Source: Polyangiaceae bacterium (GTDB lineage Bacteria; Myxococcota_A; Polyangia; Polyangiales; Polyangiaceae). Taken from it: 64,000 bases of DNA. The notes under the pieces are model-generated. The model did no database searches, was not told where the DNA came from, and saw nothing but the letters and a program-made list of their open reading frames with translations. Location: assembly GCA_044376115.1 (NCBI GenBank), contig JBILLK010000010.1, positions 32,001-96,000 of the forward strand. The letters run 5' to 3'. The translations under genes were made by a program, and so were the position numbers. Below are positions 38,633 through 47,088 of the stretch, piece by piece (position 1 is the first letter of the stretch; each line of letters opens with the position of its first letter).

Positions 38633-39010
38633 CTAGCGGCTACTCTCGCGCGAGTCCGCCATCGCTTGAGCCAAGCCCTGACTAAACTTTTGGCGGTCGG
38701 AGAGGATCGTAAGGTCGCGACCGATCACCAACGCTGACACGCTCAAGGCCATCGCTAGGACCTTGGACTTCACGAGGAAGACAGGGAAGACCAACTTTTC
38801 TTTGGTAGCTGCCCAGTCGCGGTAGGGCGAGCGCACCTCAGGGTCAAAGCCGGTGATACCCGTCCAGTCATGAAAGACCTGCAGCGTTTGACCTTTCATC
38901 AACAGGCGATCGATACGTTGCGTGTAGAAGTGCAGCGCGTCCAATTCGACGTGCCCGCTGACGCGGGTGCATACAAGCGTCGGCGTCAGCACCCAAAACA
39001 GCGCCTCCAT
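38633..39010 (-). CDS. Small hypothetical protein, STAS/SEC14-like
   Basis: VFHDW...FDPEVR...FLVKSK pattern seen in small myxobacterial STAS-like proteins. Start 39010 or 39094. Confidence 0.55.
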   Translation of the reverse strand: MEALFWVLTPTLVCTRVSGHVELDALHFYTQRIDRLLMKGQTLQVFHDWTGITGFDPEVRSPYRDWAATKEKLVFPVFLVKSKVLAMALSVSALVIGRDLTILSDRQKFSQGLAQAMADSRESSR

Positions 39011-39138
39011 CCGTTGCCCGGCCAAACGCTCGGCCTTCTCCTCGTTGAGCTCCACCCGGCGATGAGGGTAGTCCAACTCGCAGCCGATTCGCACCCCTTC
39101 TCACGCTAACGACGTGAATCGAGCGCAGCGGTCCTCCG

Positions 39139-40347
39139 TTAGCGCAACACACCCAAGCGTCTTCGAGGAGTCACGCGGCTGGGCTGCCAATTCGTCTCCG
39201 TTGCCGCAGGCTCGACGATGACGTCCCACTGCCCATGGTCGAAGGGAGAGCCATCTCCAACCGCAACAGGAACGAGTCGCTCACGCAGCCCCTGCTCCTT
39301 CATCTTGAGCGCGCGGTGATGGCAATACGGGTTATTGCCTCGCCGACCAAAGAATACGTGCGCTGTCCAGGAGCAACCGCCTTTGCAGATCGTGCGATAG
39401 TAGCAACCGCCACAATAGCCCCATAGCTCCGCCATACGGTCTTGGCGATTGAAGGTTAGCGCCGAAGCGTTTTGCCAAATCGACTCGATGCTTTGGCTGC
39501 GCACGTTGCCCCCGACGTAGCCCGCGGTTGGCAAGGAAGGGCAGCCCTTCACAGCGCCGTCTGCCTCTAGCCCAAGCCCGGCGATTCCAGCGTGACAGCC
39601 CTGGAAGTGGGCCACTTCTCCGGGCCGCGCCACCACACCGCGCAGCTCCTGCTCATGGGGCCCGAAGTATCCAACGTTGTTGCCTGGGAAAAGCCGCAGC
39701 CCCCCAGCCTTCGCTCTTCTCGCCAGCTCAGCCAACTTGGGGAACACGAGCAGAAGGTCCTCGGGTTGGAACAGCCAATCCGGATGCTCTTGGGCACGCC
39801 CCATCGGGACCGTCATAGCGACCTGCCAGCCGTGCGCCCCGTGCGCGAGGAACAGGTCCAACATCGCGTCGAGGTCAGGGAACGATAGGCGGTTGAGCTG
39901 GGAGTTAGCGGAGACAGGGACGCCGGCCTCACGCAGGTTCTCGAACGCGTTCACCGCCCGTTCAAAGCTGCCCACCACACCGCGTTGCACGTCATGGGTC
40001 TCGCCGATCCCGTCGACCGAGATGCTCACGCTATCCACGCGAGCGGCCTTGGCCGTGCGTGCCAGCTCCTTGGTAAAGCCGCGCCCGCCCGTCACCATGC
40101 TGCAGATCATCCCAGCATCCGAGATCGCGCTGGCGATCTCCGCCCAGTCTTCTCGAAGGTAGGCCTCACCGCCGATCAGCGACACTTCGCGCGCGCCCAT
40201 CTGGGCTAGCTGCGAAACGACGTCGAGCGCCTCCCGCGTCGAGAGCTCCCCTTCCCGCTTCTTGGCCGCTCGCGAGCCGCAGTGCCCGCACGCTAGATCG
40301 CAGGCGAGCGTCAGCTCCCAAACGACGTGCCGAAGGGTCGTTGCCAT
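39139..40347 (-). CDS. Radical SAM/SPASM peptide maturase, PlpX (splicease)/TIGR03913-like
   Basis: VWELTLACDLACGHCGSRA (CxxxCxxC), IGGEAYLREDW; SPASM GCHAG...LEADGAVKGCPSL...LWGYCGGCYY...CKGGCSWT...GNNPYCHHRAL. Confidence 0.9.
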   Translation of the reverse strand: MATTLRHVVWELTLACDLACGHCGSRAAKKREGELSTREALDVVSQLAQMGAREVSLIGGEAYLREDWAEIASAISDAGMICSMVTGGRGFTKELARTAKAARVDSVSISVDGIGETHDVQRGVVGSFERAVNAFENLREAGVPVSANSQLNRLSFPDLDAMLDLFLAHGAHGWQVAMTVPMGRAQEHPDWLFQPEDLLLVFPKLAELARRAKAGGLRLFPGNNVGYFGPHEQELRGVVARPGEVAHFQGCHAGIAGLGLEADGAVKGCPSLPTAGYVGGNVRSQSIESIWQNASALTFNRQDRMAELWGYCGGCYYRTICKGGCSWTAHVFFGRRGNNPYCHHRALKMKEQGLRERLVPVAVGDGSPFDHGQWDVIVEPAATETNWQPSRVTPRRRLGVLR

Positions 40348-40359
40348 CGCACTTACCGA

Positions 40360-40782
40360 CTACTGCCGTTGCTTCGGATCGCGCGGGGGCGGGCCGTACA
40401 CCTTGACCGAGGGCTTCACGGTGGGCGCGGCGCTTGGAACAGCGCTTGGGGTGGCGCTCGCTGATGCGCTCGGGACAGGCGTTGGGAGCGGCAATTCCCG
40501 AGCAGACGGGTCTACCGGCGGAGGACCGTAGACGGCCACCATCTCATTCGGATTGGGCGTTGGTGCTGTATCAGCCGATTGGGCTGCGCTGGCGGAAACG
40601 CGCGCGTCCGGGTCGACCGGCGGAGGGCCGTAAACGTCATTGGGCGCGCTGCAGGCTGCGGCGAGACTGAGCACCGCGGTGAGCGCCAAAAGGTTGGGGC
40701 GACCACGCAGCCCGCAATGAGGACAGGCAACTTCAGCACCGAAGGCGTGGCAACCGCACGAGGGACAGACGACCAGCGACAT
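40360..40782 (-). CDS. Putative precursor A: CxxC-CxxC leader, lipobox, three VYGPPP motifs
   Basis: CPSC...CPHC, LAAAC, Tyr codons at 40632, 40530 and 40398. Ends 12 nt before the rSAM start. Confidence 0.8.
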   Translation of the reverse strand: MSLVVCPSCGCHAFGAEVACPHCGLRGRPNLLALTAVLSLAAACSAPNDVYGPPPVDPDARVSASAAQSADTAPTPNPNEMVAVYGPPPVDPSARELPLPTPVPSASASATPSAVPSAAPTVKPSVKVYGPPPRDPKQRQ

Positions 40783-40805
40783 GGCCCGAAGTTACCACGC
40801 CCACC

Positions 40806-41135
40806 TTACTTTCGTTGATTTGGATCACGCGGCGGCGGACCGTAGACCTCGCTCGGAGAGTTGGCCGTATTGGGCAATTCGGTAGCCGACGGCTCGCTGG
40901 AGGCCGGCGCCGAGGCGGAGGCCGAGGTTGCGGCCTCGCGTGCGGATGGATTGACCGGAGCTGGCCCGTAAACACCTACTACATGGTCTGCGTGGTTAGT
41001 GCATCCGACCGCCGCCAAGCCCAACGCCAACGAAAGCGCAAGCAGCGTAGGCCTACCGCGAAGACCACAATGAGGACACTCGGCCTCACTCGCGAACGCA
41101 TGTCGTCCACACGAGGGGCAAACGATCAGCACCAT
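40806..41135 (-). CDS. Putative precursor B: CxxC-CxxC leader, lipobox, two VYGP motifs
   Basis: Internal ATG 41135 (MVLIVCPSC...CPHC), AVGC lipobox, VYGPAP and VYGPPP. Paralogue of precursor A. Confidence 0.8.
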   Translation of the reverse strand: MVLIVCPSCGRHAFASEAECPHCGLRGRPTLLALSLALGLAAVGCTNHADHVVGVYGPAPVNPSAREAATSASASAPASSEPSATELPNTANSPSEVYGPPPRDPNQRK

Positions 41136-41191
41136 GCGCTGAACCCTATCATGCGCGCAGCAAGCTCGTCTGCGGTCCGCAAGCCGTCTGA

Positions 41192-41213
41192 TGCATCCAC
41201 CTTCGGCGGAATG
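41192..41213. repeat. 22-bp intergenic hairpin repeat, copy 1
   Basis: tgcatccaccttcggcggaatg; exact reverse complement of 61544-61565. Confidence 0.75.
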
Positions 41214-41228
41214 GACTAGCCTGGGCGG

Positions 41229-42011
41229 GTGAAACGCACCTTCGTCATTGGCGACATTCACGGGGACATGTTCCACCTCACGCAGCTCATGGCCAAGCTG
41301 CCGCCGCTGGGAGCCCGCGATACGCTGGTATTTCTTGGTGACTACCTCGATCGCGGACCGGCCTCGGCTGGGGTCATTGAGTACGTTATGAGCCTCCCGC
41401 GAAAGACCCCCGCGCGGGTGGTCGCGCTGCGTGGAAACCATGAAGACGCCTGGTTGCGGGTGCTCGACCAAGGCTGGCCCGAGTTCGTCATTCCGCGTAC
41501 CAACGGCTGCCTCGAGACGCTGCGCTCCTACAAGCGACAGCCAGCACCTCAACCGGATGACGCGCCGGAGCCTCACGAGTTTGGCGAGATGCTCAAGGGC
41601 TCATTCTTCCCGCCTCACGTGGTCGAGTGGATGCGCAGCCTGCCGTATTACTACGAAGACGAATTCGCTATCTACGTGCACGCTGGCATTCCCAAGAAGG
41701 ACAACGAGTTTCGCCACCCGAGCATGGTCGAACCGAAGACCGCGCTGCTTTGGACGCGGGATAGCGACTTCTTCAGGAACTACCGCGGTAAGACTGTCGT
41801 CTTCGGCCACACCAAGACAGCGCTATTGCCAGCGGAGCTATCGCAGTACACGCCCGAGGATCCGGAAGACATGTGGGCGGGACCGGCGGTGCTCGGCTTG
41901 GATACCGGCTGCGGCAAGGGCGGGTTCCTCACTGCGGTAGAGTTCCCGCGCAAACGCGTCTACGAATCTCGCAAGCGCCGGCGCAATGCCCCCCCACGTA
42001 CCGTGCGCTAG
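41229..42011 (+). CDS. PPP-family metallophosphoesterase (Ser/Thr protein phosphatase-like)
   Basis: GDIHG, GDYLDRG, LRGNHE, HAG, FGHT, LDTG. Confidence 0.92.
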   Translation: MKRTFVIGDIHGDMFHLTQLMAKLPPLGARDTLVFLGDYLDRGPASAGVIEYVMSLPRKTPARVVALRGNHEDAWLRVLDQGWPEFVIPRTNGCLETLRSYKRQPAPQPDDAPEPHEFGEMLKGSFFPPHVVEWMRSLPYYYEDEFAIYVHAGIPKKDNEFRHPSMVEPKTALLWTRDSDFFRNYRGKTVVFGHTKTALLPAELSQYTPEDPEDMWAGPAVLGLDTGCGKGGFLTAVEFPRKRVYESRKRRRNAPPRTVR

Positions 42012-42013
42012 CG

Positions 42014-42877
42014 CTAATTATTATAATAAATGAAGTAATCGTCGCCGTTGGTGACGGTCACGTAGACGATCGTGTCGGCCTTGATGGCTGGGTCAATCAT
42101 GTCGTATGCGGCGACCAGTGATGCAGCGTGCTCGTCGGTCTGGGCAATCACCGCGAGAATCTGCTTTTCCCAGGCGTCTTCTGGAGCCACATTCATCGAG
42201 CTTTGAAGGATGTCGGAGAGCTTCCCCTCGAGCACATTGAGGGCTTGCGATACGGGGTAAGCCGTCCCCTCTGGGAAACTCACGGCGCGCACGACACTGA
42301 CCCCAACCTTCTCGCCGTCAATCCCCACGAGCAAGTCAGTCTTCTTGCCTTCAGTTTGGTAGACAATCTCGGCCTCGCCCTTGAGGTACTCGGCGCCTTC
42401 ACAGCGAAAGAGCACTTCATAGGCGAAGATCTCGGAGTAAAGCGAGCTACCCCCGAGGTTGCCATCGGCGAAGATCTGCTGGCCGCCTGGGCTGAGCATC
42501 TCCGGCTGTAGAGCCGGTTCACCACTAAGATCTAGCGTGTTCTCGAGATACTCGGGCGCAGGCGACGCAATATCGTCGAGATTGACCTCACCACAGGTGC
42601 CAGAGATCAGGCCGTAGTAGTCAGGCGCGCTCCCACCGGCGCCGCCTAGACCACCCTGCCCACCAGCGCCCCCCTGGGCGCTGCCGGCGCTGCCACCACC
42701 GCCGAGGCCACCTTCACCGCCAGCCCCGGCGCTAGCGCCCTCCCCCATCCCCGCGGTCCCACTGCTGCTGGAACCGCCGGAGGAGGAGCTGACCGGCGAG
42801 CCACCAGCGCCCCCCGAGCCTTCTCCATCGCCACAGGCCACGAGCGTCACCAAGAGAGATAGAGCGAGTGCGCGCAT
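42014..42877 (-). CDS. Lipoprotein with Gly linker and AAC4-like (possible restriction-endonuclease-fold) domain
   Basis: Lipobox LVAC; NLGGSSLYSE...E...LKGEAEIVY...KKTD...GVSVVRA. Confidence 0.6.
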   Translation of the reverse strand: MRALALSLLVTLVACGDGEGSGGAGGSPVSSSSGGSSSSGTAGMGEGASAGAGGEGGLGGGGSAGSAQGGAGGQGGLGGAGGSAPDYYGLISGTCGEVNLDDIASPAPEYLENTLDLSGEPALQPEMLSPGGQQIFADGNLGGSSLYSEIFAYEVLFRCEGAEYLKGEAEIVYQTEGKKTDLLVGIDGEKVGVSVVRAVSFPEGTAYPVSQALNVLEGKLSDILQSSMNVAPEDAWEKQILAVIAQTDEHAASLVAAYDMIDPAIKADTIVYVTVTNGDDYFIYYNN

Positions 42878-42916
42878 GGCCGGCACTATCTCATGAAATC
42901 GGCGATTTGCTAAGGC

Positions 42917-43957
42917 TCAACCAGGCTCGCACACGCCGTTCTGACATTGAAGATTGTTGCCGCAATCGTTGTCTTGAATGCACTCAACACAGTTGCCGTT
43001 CTCGCTACAGAAGGGTGACGCCTCGGTGCAATCCGCGTTCAGCAGACACTCGACGCACTCGAAATTGTTATCGCAAAGCGGCGCGCCCGGCTCACCGGCG
43101 CAGTCGGCGTTGTCGAGGCATTGCTCACAATTGTTGTTGGGTGAGCATACCGGGTTATTCCCGCCGCACTCCGCGTCTACCACGCACTCGACGCAGATGC
43201 CTTCTGCTGTATCGCAGGCCGGCTGCTCAGGGTTGGGGCAATCTGCGTTGGTTGCACAGGCGGCGACACAGTTATTGTTGAGGCAGAGCGACCCGCTCGG
43301 GCAATCCGGGTCGATGATGCACTCACGGCAGCGGCCGGCACTGACTTCACAATGAGGCTCTGCCAGAGCACATTCGGAGTCCATCGTGCACTCGGCACAA
43401 ATACCTAATTGGCTATTGCACAGCGGCTGCTCACCGGGGCAATCATTGGCGCTCAAGCACTCGACGCAGGCGCCAGTCGCTGCATCGCAGAAATCAGCCT
43501 GCCCTTGGCCACAGTCGTTGTTGCTCGTACAGGCCGTATCGCACTCGTGGTTGGTCGGGTGACAATACTGATTGGCGCCACAATCGGCGGTGGTCGCGCA
43601 TTCTTCGCATTGACCAAAGAAGCAGGCCGGCTGCCCAGGATCGAGGCAATCCGCGTTGGTAGCGCACTCCACGCAACCAAGCTCCGGGTCACAGAATTGA
43701 TTGACGTTGCATCCTGAGCAGACGTCTGTTCCGCCGCCGGTGCCGTTGCCACCGGTAGCGTTACCGCCGTTCCCTCCGTTGCCCATTCCCCCAGCGCCAC
43801 CGCCACCACTCTGCGTGCCCCCCGCGCCGCCAGCGCCAGCGGTACCGCCACCACTTCCCCCGGAAGCCCCAGTAGCCCCAGTGCCGGTCGAGCCGTCGTC
43901 AGAGCACGCAACCAACGAAAAGCCGAGGACGGCAGCGAGAAGCGAATAGCGCATCAT
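42917..43957 (-). CDS. Cys-rich repeat lipoprotein
   Basis: GGAGG RBS, lipobox LVAC, Gly linker, 11 CVECxxxxDC-type repeats. Confidence 0.85.
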   Translation of the reverse strand: MMRYSLLAAVLGFSLVACSDDGSTGTGATGASGGSGGGTAGAGGAGGTQSGGGGAGGMGNGGNGGNATGGNGTGGGTDVCSGCNVNQFCDPELGCVECATNADCLDPGQPACFFGQCEECATTADCGANQYCHPTNHECDTACTSNNDCGQGQADFCDAATGACVECLSANDCPGEQPLCNSQLGICAECTMDSECALAEPHCEVSAGRCRECIIDPDCPSGSLCLNNNCVAACATNADCPNPEQPACDTAEGICVECVVDAECGGNNPVCSPNNNCEQCLDNADCAGEPGAPLCDNNFECVECLLNADCTEASPFCSENGNCVECIQDNDCGNNLQCQNGVCEPG

Positions 43958-44069
43958 GAGAACCTCCAATGAAGATTAGTGGGTTGTGCAAAGGCGCGCG
44001 GCCGCACCCCTGACTTGCCAAGGGTAGAGGAGCCATTCGCACTGCAGGCTCGGGAACGGAGCCTGTCAG

Positions 44070-45335
44070 CTAGTTCGCGTGTTCCCCGAGAACACGCGCT
44101 GCGCGCTCGCCAGCTAGCAAGCCAGCACGCGCTGCGATCAGCATCGTCCGCGCGTGGCCCGCGACGATATCGCCGGCGGGAAACACGCGAGGGAAGCCGC
44201 GCAAACTACCGTCGGGCTCGAGCACCAGCCCCACTCTCTCAAGCGCCCCCGCTTGCGTCCCGCGCGGCCAAGCCGAAGCGTCGAGCACAGGCCCTTCAGC
44301 CGAACCGACGAAAGCTGGCCCGTGCTGCGTTGCAATGGCTCCCTCCAGCCCTTTCAACGAAAGTTCGAAGCTTGGCCCAATCTTCGTCGCGCCGTCTGCA
44401 GGAGCACCAAACGACGGCGGCGAAAACACGATGCCGCCACCGACCAAACCGCCTGTCGCCAAGACCACACAATCTGGCTCGAGCGTTTGACCATCCCCGC
44501 GTAGAACGAGCCCTGAGCCCTCTTGCTCAACACTCGCCACCTCACGATCCGAGAGCGTGATCGCCAGCCGCTCACACAGCCGCGCGCGCGCGCGTTCAAA
44601 GCGAACGCCAAACGTTCCTGAGTGCGGGGCAACGATCTCGCCGACAGGCGCTCCCGCAGCGGCTTCCAACACCGAGATCGAGTCCGCCTCGCGCCCGAGC
44701 CACGGCCCCAAGAGGAACGCGACCTCACCGGGATGAGCCTGTTTGGCTCGCACCAACTGCTGGCCTAACCAGCGCCTCCGCTCCGGCTCATCAAAGCGCC
44801 GTGCGAGCTCCAAATCAGAGATGAAGCTCTCATCGTCAAAGCGCAGGATGGTCGCGGCCGACTCTTGAAAGCGAAGGCCATGCGCATTGTCATTGAGGGA
44901 CCGCACCAAACTGGCCGAGTCCCAATGAGGACGATCGACAGCGGGTAGGAGCACGGTCCGGCCGCGCGCCCGATTGAGGTCCAAGATCGCGCTGGCATGA
45001 GCCAACGTATGACGAAGGATGCCGCCTGTGGTTGCGACCAAGGGCCGCTCGAGCGGATCGCCCTCACGTCCAGCCGCTTTTAAAGCGAAGATACCGAGTT
45101 CGACCAACAGCTCAGCGCAGGCTGGGTCAATGGCCCAGGCGGCGCTTACGCCGGTCACCTTCTCCGCCTCGGCCACGACGTCCCAAGGGGTCTCATCGAG
45201 CGCGCCGGGCGATAATGAAGTAGCGCCTATGCGGCCCGTTATTAATGTTATCTGCAAGGAAGGGCGCCGGCGTTTCGCCGCGTACGCGGCAGCAACGCCA
45301 GCGATACCGCCACCGACGACTACCAGCTTGTTCAT
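44070..45335 (-). CDS. glpB: GlpB-like FAD-binding subunit
   Basis: MNKLVVVGGGIAG, GATSLSPGALD, VLATGGLVGGG. ATGA-coupled to the glpA C-terminal part. Confidence 0.65.
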   Translation of the reverse strand: MNKLVVVGGGIAGVAAAYAAKRRRPSLQITLITGRIGATSLSPGALDETPWDVVAEAEKVTGVSAAWAIDPACAELLVELGIFALKAAGREGDPLERPLVATTGGILRHTLAHASAILDLNRARGRTVLLPAVDRPHWDSASLVRSLNDNAHGLRFQESAATILRFDDESFISDLELARRFDEPERRRWLGQQLVRAKQAHPGEVAFLLGPWLGREADSISVLEAAAGAPVGEIVAPHSGTFGVRFERARARLCERLAITLSDREVASVEQEGSGLVLRGDGQTLEPDCVVLATGGLVGGGIVFSPPSFGAPADGATKIGPSFELSLKGLEGAIATQHGPAFVGSAEGPVLDASAWPRGTQAGALERVGLVLEPDGSLRGFPRVFPAGDIVAGHARTMLIAARAGLLAGERAARVLGEHAN

Positions 45336-47040
45336 CGCGGCTCCGACTCGCGTTGCGACTCGAGGTCGACGTCGGCAACCCCGAGCTCGGCGCGAACCGT
45401 CGCCTGATTCAGAGCCTCCTGGCGGGCCTGGGCTGGACTCAGCGCCACTGAGCGAGTGCGCGCCTGGCGCAAGATGAAGCGCAGCGCCATTTCGCGACCG
45501 TAGCGCGGCGGCAGACCTCGCTCCTCGGCTACGATTTGCCCGCAACGCGCCGCGCACTTCATACCGCCACAAGCTCCAAGGCCAAGGCGCGTTCTGCGCG
45601 AAACATCCTCCACGCTACGCGCATATTCGCTCGCCACCACGTGGCGAACCTCAGCCTCGAGGATCGGCTCACAGGGGCAGACGACAACAGCCTCTCGCGG
45701 CCGCTGCTTGATGCGCTCCTCGATCCGCTCGACGCGACTGCCATGCCGATAGACGAGCCGGCGCGCTGCAACACCATCAATCTCCAGCCGCTCGGCGAGC
45801 TCACGCGAACTTACCTTCCTATCCCCACCGGGAAGAAAGACCTTGTGCGTGGTGCAGGTTGCACCCAAGGCGAAACGCGCTGCCAGGATGTCCGTCATCT
45901 CCTCGGCAAAGAGCCGGTAGCTCGCGAGCTTGCCCCCGACCATCGAAAATAGCCCTTTAGCGCCGTGCTTGCCGTGGTCGATGATTTGGTGGTCGCGGCT
46001 GAGGCCGTCCTCATGCGGGCCATAGGCATATAAAGTAGGCCGCACACCGGCATAGGTATGTATCGCGCGGGCCCCGGTTATTGCGGGAAACACCCGAGCG
46101 ATCCCCTGCACCAAGTAGCGGACCTCCTCGCTGGTAGCGACCACATCGTCGAGATCACCGTAGTAGTCATCGTCGGTCGTCCCGATGATGCTCATGTTCT
46201 CCCACGGCTCGAGGAAGATTTGACGATGGCGTAGTTGGTTAGGCGACGGTCATACGCGATGTGGATGCCCTTGCCGCCACGAACGCGAGCCTTGGTGGCT
46301 GGCAGCCCCGCGCCGGAGGCGGTGATCGGCGCCCAAGCGCCCGTCGCGTTCACCACCGCCGAGGTGGTGATGCGACCAGTCTTGCCGTTGCGAACATCGC
46401 GGTAACGGACCGCGAATACCTCTCCGGTGTCTTCCCGTCGCTCGATCTGCTCGACGGTGGTGCCGCCGAAGATCTTGGCGCCCCTCTCCGCTGCGTCTAG
46501 CACATTGGCAATCACCAAGCGCGGACCGTCGATCCCCCACTCATCGAAGGAGAAACCTCCGAGCACGTCGCCGCGAAGCCCCGGCTCGAGCTTCGCTAGC
46601 TCCTCTGGGGTCAACTTGGCGTGAGGCTTTCCATGTTTGAGCGGCTGATAGTCGTCGTACGCGTGAAAGAAGGCGTCCATCAGGGTGAACATCACTTTGG
46701 CGCTGGCGGACTTCTCAACCGGTACCAGGAACGGAATGCGGAAGAGCAGGTGGGGCGCGATGGTCTGAATATGGCCGGAATCCCTGCAGCTCGTCTCGGT
46801 GACGGCCGGGTCATAGGTGAGATAGCGCGGGCCACCGTGAATCATTCCGCTCGAGTTGCCGCTGGCACCAAAGGCAAAGTCGTTGCGCTCGAAGAGCGCC
46901 ACCGAGAGGCCGCGCAAGGCGGCGTCCCGCGCAACGCCCGCGCCATTCACTCCTCCGCCGATCACCACAACGTCAACCTCGCGACCGCCGCGGATCGAAG
47001 GCGCAGGCGCATCGCTGTCTCGCGTCAGGGGGCGCGTCAT
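45332..47040 (-). pseudogene. glpA: GlpA-type glycerol-3-phosphate dehydrogenase split by a frameshift near 46225
   Basis: N-half (46192-47040): GGGVNG, SGMIHGGPRYL, NATGAW, KGIH. C-half (45332-46195): IGTTD, GVRP, GGKL, CPCE...GACGGMKC. The two halves are in different frames. Confidence 0.8.
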
Positions 47041-47088
47041 GGGCGAGGGTATAGGGCCGTCGGGAGAGCGCGTCGAGCGGCAAGCCGG

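Noticed and set aside
41136..41576. Long N-terminal extension of the 256-aa ORF 40806-41576
   Set aside because: It overlaps the phosphoesterase gene on the opposite strand. Homology to precursor A begins at ATG 41135.
42917..43700. Cys-rich protein as a multiheme cytochrome or ferredoxin
   Set aside because: No CxxCH motifs and no CxxCxxCxxxC motifs; it is exported, so disulfides are more likely.
45336..45572. N-terminal extension of the glpB-like ORF
   Set aside because: It overlaps the glpA C-terminal half. The Rossmann motif starts at ATG 45335, which is ATGA-coupled.
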